From assembly GCA_043756865.1 (NCBI GenBank), contig JAYUQG010000028.1, positions 1 through 60,958 of the forward strand: a stretch of 60,958 nucleotides of DNA. Reading direction: 5' to 3'. Positions 8,993 to 15,487 of the stretch are shown here, piece by piece. Source of the stretch: a bacterium. GTDB taxonomy: Bacteria; Patescibacteriota; Minisyncoccia; Phycocordibacterales; UBA6899. The notes under the pieces are model-generated. The model saw nothing but the letters and a program-made list of their open reading frames with translations, ran no database searches and was not told the DNA's origin. Position 1 is the first letter of the stretch, and each line of letters begins with the position of its first letter. A program made the position numbers and the translations under genes.

Positions 8993-9502
8993 TTACTCGT
9001 CGTCACTCGTTTGATTCGTGTATTGTTCTACCTCAGTACTCACCAACTCGAAGAGTACCTGCGCATCACGCAGTACTTCTTTTGAGCGCACACTTGCGTG
9101 GTAATCTTTTTTTGCTACAACACGCTTAATACCTGCATTCACTAAAATCTTCGCACACGCATAGCAGGGGGTCATGTGGACATAGAGGGTCGCCCCGTCC
9201 AACGATACGCCAACGCGTGCTGCCTGTGCTATCACGTTTTGCTCAGCATGGGTCGTACGCACACAATGCTGTGTCTTTGTCCCGTCTGCATGAGTCACCG
9301 TGTGAAGTTCGTGCCCAGTGTCATCACACGAAGGAAGTCCCGCGGGTGCACCCACATAGCCTGTTGCAAGAATGCGTTTGTCGCGCACCGCTACACAGCC
9401 GCTGCGGCCCCTGTCGCATGTCGCTCGCCCGCCCACAACGTCTGCAATACTCATAAAATATTCGTCCCACGAAGGACGCTTGTGAATAATGTTACTCTTC
9501 AT
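8993..9502 (-). CDS. dCMP deaminase (CMP/dCMP-type zinc deaminase)
   Basis: HAEQNVI and PCYACAKIL zinc motifs. A GGAGGAG lies directly upstream of ATG 9502. Confidence 0.85.
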   Translation of the reverse strand: MKSNIIHKRPSWDEYFMSIADVVGGRATCDRGRSGCVAVRDKRILATGYVGAPAGLPSCDDTGHELHTVTHADGTKTQHCVRTTHAEQNVIAQAARVGVSLDGATLYVHMTPCYACAKILVNAGIKRVVAKKDYHASVRSKEVLRDAQVLFELVSTEVEQYTNQTSDDE

Positions 9503-9603
9503 CTCCTCCAGTATAACCCGCTCGGGTGCGGTGGCAAAACAACTTGACCAAGTACAAAAGTGGCGTACGCTTAGCGTAGGTTCTCCCACGAAAGGTACGT
9601 ACC

Positions 9604-9744
9604 ATGAAAAGTGTTCTTTTGGTGCTCTTGGGGGCCACGCTTGCCACCCTAGTACTCACGAAAATTAAGAAACCCTTGCGCGTCAGCACGTCCGACAAAG
9701 CAGACAACGTCATCGACCTGCTGACTCGTCTTCCCAGAGGATAA
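9604..9744 (+). CDS. possible 46-aa membrane peptide
   Basis: ATG-initiated MKSVLLVLLGATLATLVLTKIKK... with one TM helix. No clear RBS. Confidence 0.25.
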   Translation: MKSVLLVLLGATLATLVLTKIKKPLRVSTSDKADNVIDLLTRLPRG

Positions 9745-9867
9745 CCCCCACAAAAGCTTCTCACTGAAGCTTTTTAATTTTCCCGCAATTACACACACGA
9801 CTGTGGGCAACCGATATTTTTGTCTTATTATTTTATTAGTTTTCACACTACACATAAAGGAGTGCTC

Positions 9868-9957
9868 GTGGGCGAGGCTGCGGTCTCTTCATCTGGTGCA
9901 GATTTGGGAGATATCGTCGAAGGACTTTTCAGCGGAATCGGCGACCTACTTTCGTAG
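9868..9957 (+). CDS. possible 29-aa acidic Gly/Ser-rich peptide
   Basis: AAGGAG (9857-9862) lies 5 nt before GTG 9868. The ORF VGEAAVSSSGADLGDIVEGLFSGIGDLLS ends 10 nt before an intrinsic terminator. Confidence 0.4.
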   Translation: MGEAAVSSSGADLGDIVEGLFSGIGDLLS

Positions 9958-9967
9958 TCACCCCACG

Positions 9968-9990
9968 ACAGACCATGAGGTCTGTTTTTT
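9968..9990 (+). terminator. intrinsic terminator
   Basis: acagacc-atga-ggtctgt (7-bp stem) followed by tttttt. Confidence 0.6.
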
Positions 9991-10103
9991 ATATATTTAT
10001 AACTCAAAGTACCAAAAATTATTTTTTGCAAAATATTCAACACGCAGCCAAATACTCGAATTACCACAAGCTTCAAATTTGGCGCGCAGTGCGAGGCGAC
10101 AAA

Positions 10104-10150
10104 TAAAAATACGCCAAGCTGTACATTGTAGTACTGCTTGGCGTATTTTT
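10104..10150 (-). terminator. intrinsic (bidirectional) terminator downstream of rplK
   Basis: 11-bp stem atacgccaagc/gcttggcgtat, flanked by an A-run and a T-run. Confidence 0.65.
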
Positions 10151-10194
10151 ATGTAGTCAACAAAGCAATGCGCCCAAATTTGATGCTTCGTGTA

Positions 10195-10620
10195 TTAACC
10201 TGCAATACTTACTCCCATGGAGCGTGCAGTCCCTTCGACGGTCTTCATCGCAGCCTCAATTGAAGCAGCATTTAAGTCAGGCATTTTTTTCTCTGCAATC
10301 TGGCGAACCTGATCCTTGGTAATCGAGCCTGCCTTTTGCGTGCCCGGTTTCATGGATGCCTTGTCCTTGCCCAGTGCTTTTAAAATAAGTCTTGAGACAG
10401 GAGAGACTTTGAGCACGAATGAGAAGGTGCGGTCTTCGTAGACCGTAATTTCAACCGGAATAACGTCACCCATCATTGTTGCTGTTGCAGCGTTGAACTT
10501 GGTGACGAAATCACCAATATTGATACCCGCCTGACCAAGCGCAGGACCTACAGGGGGAGCAGGTGTTGCCTTGCCTCCGGAAATCTGGAGCTTGAGTTTC
10601 TTTGTGATTTTTTTTGCCAT
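10195..10620 (-). CDS. rplK: 50S ribosomal protein L11
   Basis: [35 protein letters not shown] is the canonical L11 N-terminus. Confidence 0.97.
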   Translation of the reverse strand: MAKKITKKLKLQISGGKATPAPPVGPALGQAGINIGDFVTKFNAATATMMGDVIPVEITVYEDRTFSFVLKVSPVSRLILKALGKDKASMKPGTQKAGSITKDQVRQIAEKKMPDLNAASIEAAMKTVEGTARSMGVSIAG

Positions 10621-10631
10621 GGTTTAGTTTT

Positions 10632-10655
10632 TAGTCACTAGATTCTAGTCACTAG
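10632..10655. repeat. tandem 10-nt direct repeat tagtcactag x2 (4-nt spacer) just upstream of the rplK start
   Basis: Copies at 10632-10641 and 10646-10655 are identical. Each unit is itself near-palindromic (CTAGTGACTAG on the minus strand). Confidence 0.5.
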
Positions 10656-10772
10656 TAAATACAATTTCGGATACAAACTGAGAAGCGAGAAGCCCCGCGA
10701 GCGGGCACTTTTCAGATAGGCAGATACTACTGAATTTTGGTGTTTTAGGCAAGTTTCACTTGCTGAAAAATC

Positions 10773-10796
10773 AAAAACACCCGAGTGGGTGTTTTT
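10773..10796. terminator. bidirectional terminator-like hairpin in the nusG-rplK spacer
   Basis: aaaaacaccc-gagt-gggtgttttt. Confidence 0.5.
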
Positions 10797-10804
10797 GAAA
10801 AAGT

Positions 10805-10917
10805 GTAATTTCGGATGAAATGCGAAGTCCTGGACTGTTTCGGTGTTCGCGAGGGCATACTCAGAGTATGTCCTCCGAACCCGAAATCAGGAAGGACGAG
10901 CAGTTCGCCGAAATTAC
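10805..10917. other. 113-nt long imperfect hairpin / inverted-repeat element
   Basis: The outer stem is gtaatttcgg (10805-14) / ccgaaattac (10908-17). The inner stem is tttcggtgttcg-gagggcatac / gtatgtcctc-cgaacccgaaa around loop tcaga. Confidence 0.45.
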
Positions 10918-10922
10918 ATTTT

Positions 10923-11504
10923 TTAGATTTTCTTGATTTGGAGGAAGTCGAGCTCGACAGGCGTTTCGCGTCCGAACATCGGAACCATCACCTTCACGCG
11001 TCCGCGCTCTTCGTCTACCTCGCCCACACGTCCTTCAAGTTCCTTGAAAGGACCGTCCGTGATGATAACCGACTCACCCACCGTGAGGTCGATAGTGTGC
11101 TTCACCATCTTTGAGCCCATGCGACCAAAAAGTGCGTCAATTTCTTTCTGATTGAGTGGCACAGGAACAACTCCTGCTCCAACGAAACCGGTAACCCGCG
11201 GAGTATTGCGTACGACGTACCATGAATCAGGGTCGTAAATCATGTGCACAAGTACATATCCAGGGTAGATTTCCTCTTCCACCTCCGCACGTTTCCCTGC
11301 CTTCATTTTAATTTTCTTTTCCTTGGGAACGACAACTTCGAAAATTTTGTCTTCCATACCGAGCGACTCTATGCGCTGCTTCAGGTTGCGCACCACTGCA
11401 TTCTCATAGCCCGAGTAGGTGTGAATGGCATACCATTGTTTTCCTGCCGCTTCCGGCGTGTTGTTTGTTTGTGTCTCTTCCATGATTATTTTTTTATTTA
11501 GCAT
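10923..11504 (-). CDS. nusG: transcription termination/antitermination factor NusG
   Basis: WYAIHTYSGYENAV NGN domain and a C-terminal KOW (GESVIITDGPFKELEGRVGEV). An alternative start is ATG 11483. Confidence 0.95.
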   Translation of the reverse strand: MLNKKIIMEETQTNNTPEAAGKQWYAIHTYSGYENAVVRNLKQRIESLGMEDKIFEVVVPKEKKIKMKAGKRAEVEEEIYPGYVLVHMIYDPDSWYVVRNTPRVTGFVGAGVVPVPLNQKEIDALFGRMGSKMVKHTIDLTVGESVIITDGPFKELEGRVGEVDEERGRVKVMVPMFGRETPVELDFLQIKKI

Positions 11505-11579
11505 GAGTGCTGAGTAGTGCGCGTGCGCGTGTGATGTCCCCCGCCGTGCGCACGGCGGCCACCATCTCTTCTTATTAAA

Positions 11580-11756
11580 TTAAATGAAGCGGTCGATGCC
11601 CTTGGCGAATCCAAAGTCCAAGAGTCCCAAGAATACCCCCGTCAGGATGGAGAGCACTAATACAATGATGGTGTATCCAATTGCCTGTGCAGGAGAAGGC
11701 CAAGTAACGTGGCGCATTTCCGCTTTTGTGTCCCGCAAGTAGTCGATGAATCCCAT
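11580..11756 (-). CDS. secE: preprotein translocase subunit SecE (58 aa, below the ORF-track cutoff)
   Basis: Hand translation gives MGFIDYLRDTKAEMRHVTWPSPAQAIGYTIIVLVLSILTGVFLGLLDFGFAKGIDRFI. It has the E(M/L)+.V.WPS motif plus one TM helix, and sits in the canonical position upstream of nusG. Confidence 0.85.
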   Translation of the reverse strand: MGFIDYLRDTKAEMRHVTWPSPAQAIGYTIIVLVLSILTGVFLGLLDFGFAKGIDRFI

Positions 11757-11806
11757 ATGAATAGTTTAATTATTTGCTCCTAAGCAATCTTCGTAAGCTG
11801 TTTGGT

Positions 11807-11835
11807 CTTTTCTCCAGAGGGAGATTTAGTCCTAA
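11807..11835 (-). promoter_or_regulatory. copy B of upstream motif TAGGACTAAATCTCCCTCTGGAGAAAAGA
   Basis: Near-identical to 774-798. The TAGG end lies 78 nt upstream of the secE ATG at 11756. Confidence 0.35.
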
Positions 11836-11854
11836 CAAAAAACCCCTTCGGGGT
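11836..11854 (-). terminator. short terminator-like hairpin in the secE leader
   Basis: Minus strand reads acccc-gaa-ggggt followed by tttttt. Confidence 0.4.
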
Positions 11855-11867
11855 CGTTCACTTATAG

Positions 11868-11895
11868 AGTATACGCCAAAGAAGCCCGTAGTCAA
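11868..11895 (-). promoter_or_regulatory. sigma70-like promoter TTGACT-N16-TATACT facing secE-nusG
   Basis: Minus strand reads cgcacTTGACTacgggcttctttggcgTATACTctataag. Confidence 0.45.
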
Positions 11896-11908
11896 GTGCG
11901 TGCAAGTA

Positions 11909-11937
11909 AGAAAAAAGGGCCCCCGTGGGGGCCCTTG
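11909..11937 (-). terminator. intrinsic terminator ending the high-GC two-gene unit
   Basis: Minus strand reads aagggcccc-cac-gggggccctt followed by tttttt. Confidence 0.7.
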
Positions 11938-11946
11938 CAGTCGGAT

Positions 11947-12471
11947 TCAGCGTGAACGCTGTCTCCATTCTTTGGCTTGTTGGTCGTAGCTCTTCGCGGC
12001 CTGCGTGAACAGGTGTGCGATGGGAGCGAGCACTTCACGGTATTCCTCGGGAATAGTGTTCAACCGGAAGCGTCCGGAAAGCACACGGAGCGGAAGGTAC
12101 GGTTGCGGTTCATCGCGCCGAAAGCGCCTGATCAATTCACCGTCATTCCAGTGACTCACGAGGTAAACCCTCGTGATGCGGTCTCCGGTATTGTGATGGC
12201 GGACTGCCCAGACGCGGAAGATGATCTTCTCGTCGGGAGTCGGATACGCTCGGTAGACACCGGGCTCGCCTTGCCGTGCGCGCCACAGCCGGCGGTCGGC
12301 CTTGTGGCGGTGCGGTTCAACATCAGAGAAAGTGCAGGCGGCCGTTCCATCTTCATCAGGTGGCACACGTTCCACTTCGGAACACACCAGCAGAGAAAGT
12401 CGTGGAAAAGGAGGCGGAGTTGAGCGCGATTGCTCGCATCCGGGAGGAAGAAAGAGTGCGGGGATGGACAT
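11947..12471 (-). CDS. hypothetical protein (174 aa) in the high-GC island
   Basis: AAGGAA lies 6 nt upstream of ATG 12471. No motif recognised. Confidence 0.5.
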   Translation of the reverse strand: MSIPALFLPPGCEQSRSTPPPFPRLSLLVCSEVERVPPDEDGTAACTFSDVEPHRHKADRRLWRARQGEPGVYRAYPTPDEKIIFRVWAVRHHNTGDRITRVYLVSHWNDGELIRRFRRDEPQPYLPLRVLSGRFRLNTIPEEYREVLAPIAHLFTQAAKSYDQQAKEWRQRSR

Positions 12472-12521
12472 TACAGTTCCTTGGTTGGGTGTGATGCCCG
12501 CGGCCCCTTGTGAGGACCGCG

Positions 12522-12541
12522 GGGACCAAGGACTTAGTCCT
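12522..12541 (-). promoter_or_regulatory. copy C of the motif (CAGGACTAAGTCCTTGGTCC), overlapping the upstream gene's stop codon
   Basis: The AGGACTAAGTCC..TGG core lies 69 nt upstream of ATG 12471. AGGACTtAGTCCT is itself a 6+1+6 palindrome. Confidence 0.3.
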
Positions 12542-13175
12542 GCTGCTCTCTCGCCGCGCGCACGGCGTTACGGTGCGACTCGATCATTTGGATGATCGCG
12601 GCCACACCTTCCGTTGCGTCCTTGCGTTTCGGTGGGGTTTCCACGTCGCGCATGATTTCGTCACGGAAGAGGATGTACCCGCTCTCGAAGTTGAACATCC
12701 AGCCGAAGAGCCCCTGTGAACCGCGGAGCACCCGCATGAGGATGCGGTCGCCGCCGACGATCTCGAGCGTGAACTCAAGCTTGGTCTTCTCGGGAGCAGA
12801 CTGCGCCAGAGACATGGACACGACGGCGTCGTGGTCCGCATCCCTGCACTCACGGATGGCCTGCAGCAGGATGTTCGCGTCCTCTGCAAGGAACATGTCG
12901 AGCAGGATGATCGAACGCTCGCGACGCGGGCGCGGACCGCCTTGTGAAGCGCGGGCGACTGCAGTGCGTTCGGGCTGACGCGCCGGACGCTGGTTGCGGA
13001 CGGGGCTTTTGGCACCCTTGTGGTGGTGCTTGAAGGGCACGACGTCGCCGGTAGACGGAGGCGTATCGGTGCCTCCAGTCGGTGGGGTGGTCGCTTCTTC
13101 GTGGTGACGCAGATCCATGCCCTGCGTGAGCGAGGCGAGCGAATCGAGGCCGGGTTTGGTTTCTTGAGCAGACAT
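12534..13175 (-). CDS. hypothetical protein (213 aa) with a basic, Pro-rich, probably disordered N-terminal half; in the high-GC island
   Basis: AGGAG lies 8 nt upstream of ATG 13175 (MSAQETKPG). The longer 249-aa ORF start at 13283 lacks an RBS. Confidence 0.55.
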   Translation of the reverse strand: MSAQETKPGLDSLASLTQGMDLRHHEEATTPPTGGTDTPPSTGDVVPFKHHHKGAKSPVRNQRPARQPERTAVARASQGGPRPRRERSIILLDMFLAEDANILLQAIRECRDADHDAVVSMSLAQSAPEKTKLEFTLEIVGGDRILMRVLRGSQGLFGWMFNFESGYILFRDEIMRDVETPPKRKDATEGVAAIIQMIESHRNAVRAAREQQD

Positions 13176-13317
13176 TGCATTTCTCCTAAAAGGTTTATGC
13201 AGTACGTTGAGGATGGAAAAGGACGCAACAACAATAGACTCCCGAAGGTTTCCCGTCGTCACTATCCATAAACACTGTACCAAATTATTATATAAATGTC
13301 AAGTACTTAAGGAGTAT

Positions 13318-13341
13318 AAAAAAACGCCTCGGTTGAGGTGT
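13318..13341 (-). terminator. intrinsic terminator after the 13409-14407 gene
   Basis: Minus strand reads acacctc-aacc-gaggcgt (one mismatch) followed by ttttttt. Confidence 0.5.
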
Positions 13342-13408
13342 TTCTGGCCGGTTCGCAGGGTTCGAACACGGGGATATTATTCAAAGCAGGCACACGCCTC
13401 CTTTCCCA

Positions 13409-14407
13409 TTATTTCATTTGAAGCACTTCTGCTCCACTTTCGTCGACTCCGTCAGGACTAAAAAATACTAGAACTACGCGTCTGTCCGCACTGACATCTG
13501 CCGTGAACACATCACCGACCTTGAGCGTTCTGTGTCCCACCGTCCTCGTGCTAAACCGATAGCGATCCCCGCGACTGTCGAGTGCGGTTCCGTGCTCACC
13601 TGATGTTTCACAGGTGAGTTCAATTGAACGCACTGCAGGCGAGTGGAGTGGAGCATCAGTGTCGGCGGGTTGTCCGGAATTTTCCACAGCTTCTAACGCC
13701 GCATTTTGCACACGCGTAGTGAGTTCCGCAGGTTTCAACAGTTGTCGCAGACGGTCGCGGTCGCGGGTCATTACTACCAAATCTTCTTGCAAATCGCTAA
13801 TGTGGTTTCTCATGCGGAGCTCGGTGTCGGCATTAATCTTGCGACGACGAGCGAGGAAAAAAAGAATACCAATTGCTACCAAAAACAAAACGCCAAACAA
13901 CGTGGCACGGCTATCTGCAGATTTCTGCTGACGATCGAGGGCATGCACATGTCCCGCAAGCGCTTGCACACGTGCACGCAATGCGGATTCAGCCTTATTG
14001 TGTGCGGCAATGACAACTGGTGTGGCGGGTGCGAGTGCAAGCACGCCTTCGGTGCTCGAGGGGACGAGCGCTATCGCTTCAGGAGCAGTTACACCGCGCG
14101 GTGCAAGTACGACAAGTTTTGGAGCGGGCAAATACACAACAGTGCCGGGCTGCACTTGTGTGCGCCACGCTTTTTCCGTGCACGGGATGCCCGTGCGGTC
14201 GCAATTTACTTTCCACACTGCATTGAACGGGTGGGCTTTTTTGCACACCGCATCGTGACGACTCCAGTGTCGTGCGAGCGATGGATTTCCCGAAGTGAGG
14301 GTCACTTGTTCCATCAGGAGTGAGGTTTCGGCCGCCGATAAGTTGGGGGCGAAACATACCATGGCAAGTAGCGCGAAAAATGCGCGAAGCAGGCGATGCA
14401 TGAGCAT
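13409..14407 (-). CDS. membrane protein with signal peptide, central TM and coiled-coil segment (hypothetical)
   Basis: GGAG lies 5 nt upstream of ATG 14407 (MLMHRLLRAFFALLAMV...SAAE). There is a TM helix at LFGVLFLVAIGILFFLA. Confidence 0.6.
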   Translation of the reverse strand: MLMHRLLRAFFALLAMVCFAPNLSAAETSLLMEQVTLTSGNPSLARHWSRHDAVCKKAHPFNAVWKVNCDRTGIPCTEKAWRTQVQPGTVVYLPAPKLVVLAPRGVTAPEAIALVPSSTEGVLALAPATPVVIAAHNKAESALRARVQALAGHVHALDRQQKSADSRATLFGVLFLVAIGILFFLARRRKINADTELRMRNHISDLQEDLVVMTRDRDRLRQLLKPAELTTRVQNAALEAVENSGQPADTDAPLHSPAVRSIELTCETSGEHGTALDSRGDRYRFSTRTVGHRTLKVGDVFTADVSADRRVVLVFFSPDGVDESGAEVLQMK

Positions 14408-14533
14408 AGAGACTCCGTGTGAGAAAAAGGAAATGGCAAACAACAAAACTTCCCGCACTATACAAAAAAAATCAGAAAAAACAACCCCGAATGTCGGAGT
14501 TGTTTTTTGATTTCACCAAACGTGCTATGCGTA

Positions 14534-15400
14534 TTATCGGATTTCGTAGACAATATGCACATTCGACGTGAAGCGGTTCTCGCCTGCGGAAATATTCGCT
14601 GCTTGGGGAGCAGTAGCGCCCATGCTGTCTTTTGCCATGAGCATATCCTCGCGAGCGAAATTGTATATAGGATAAATACCGTCTTCGCTAAACGAAGTGA
14701 TGCGCACGAGACTTACACCAAGTTCTGCAGCAAGCTTCTCTGCCTTTGCTTTTGCTTGGCGAATCGCTTTTTCGCGTGCCTCAGCCTTTACACCGTCTTC
14801 GTCCTCTACCTTAAACGTGGGTCCGTTCATGTATGAGGCACCTTTGTCGGCGAGTCCCCCAACAATAAGCCCCGCGTCATCAACTTTTCGTACACGGACA
14901 TCGACCGACTGATTCACCTCGTACCCTACGAGCACTTGCTTGCCATCAACAGGAGGGCAGTAGCCCGAATAGCAAGGTGTGCTCAAGGCTGTCTGCTTCC
15001 ATTCGTACTTTGGATTGAGATTGTATCCAGTGTTCTTGATGTCCTTATCTTCCACGCCTGACGCAGTCAAAAATTCGTGAATAACCTTCATCTTCTCATC
15101 CACAAGCTTACGCGCACTCGCTGCATCTTTTGCCTCTGCAACAATGGAGAAGGAAACTTCAGCAATATCGGGGACTTTGAAGGACTCTCCTTCGCCCGAC
15201 ACACTGATGGTTGTCATCTCACCCGGAACATCGCGTCCGATATACTTATAAGATTTCATTTCTCCTACAAACATTGCCATAAGCAGTAGCGAGCCCGACA
15301 CCGCAAGGGCGAAGAAGCCGACTGCAAGCTTTTTCTTCCAACATGCTCCGGTACAAGGACCGCCACATGCTGTGCACACACCTGTATTTTCTGTTGCCAT
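14534..15400 (-). CDS. SIMPL (DUF541) domain protein with an N-terminal Cys cluster and a TM anchor
   Basis: The layout is SIMPL-like (ISVSGEGESFKVPDIAEVSFSI ... IRQAKAKAEKLAAELGV). ATG 15400 is preferred over TTG 15433, and a TATAAT lies about 30 nt upstream. Confidence 0.75.
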   Translation of the reverse strand: MATENTGVCTACGGPCTGACWKKKLAVGFFALAVSGSLLLMAMFVGEMKSYKYIGRDVPGEMTTISVSGEGESFKVPDIAEVSFSIVAEAKDAASARKLVDEKMKVIHEFLTASGVEDKDIKNTGYNLNPKYEWKQTALSTPCYSGYCPPVDGKQVLVGYEVNQSVDVRVRKVDDAGLIVGGLADKGASYMNGPTFKVEDEDGVKAEAREKAIRQAKAKAEKLAAELGVSLVRITSFSEDGIYPIYNFAREDMLMAKDSMGATAPQAANISAGENRFTSNVHIVYEIR

Positions 15401-15487
15401 AACGTATTGTTGATGATTAATATTTCGTATCAATTATAACACGCAGAGTGTCTGGTTGTGACATCGTACAACCAACCTACTTCATGT

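Noticed and set aside
9492-10156. Track ORFs 9492-9764 (-), 9649-9855 (-), 9803-10156 (+) and 9843-10076 (-) in the rplK-downstream gap
   Set aside because: There are no RBSs, the composition is odd, they overlap one another, and one spans two terminators. None resembles L1 or any family I know.
10805-10917. The long hairpin in the nusG-rplK spacer as a 4.5S/SRP RNA
   Set aside because: The apical loop is tcaga on a 10-bp stem. The conserved domain-IV motifs (GNAR tetraloop, AGG.../...AGCA loops) are absent in either orientation.
12584-13234. A 216-aa ORF in an alternative frame of the same strand, plus 12592-12978 (+), 12510-12719 (+) and 13020-13271 (+)
   Set aside because: These are long open frames expected from high GC content. 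The translations are Arg/Ser/Pro-rich and lack an RBS, and the frame starting at ATG 13175 has a proper AGGAG.
13289-13300. aaatgtcaagta as a further half-site of the 22-nt palindrome
   Set aside because: Only about 9 nt match, which is expected by chance at this window size.
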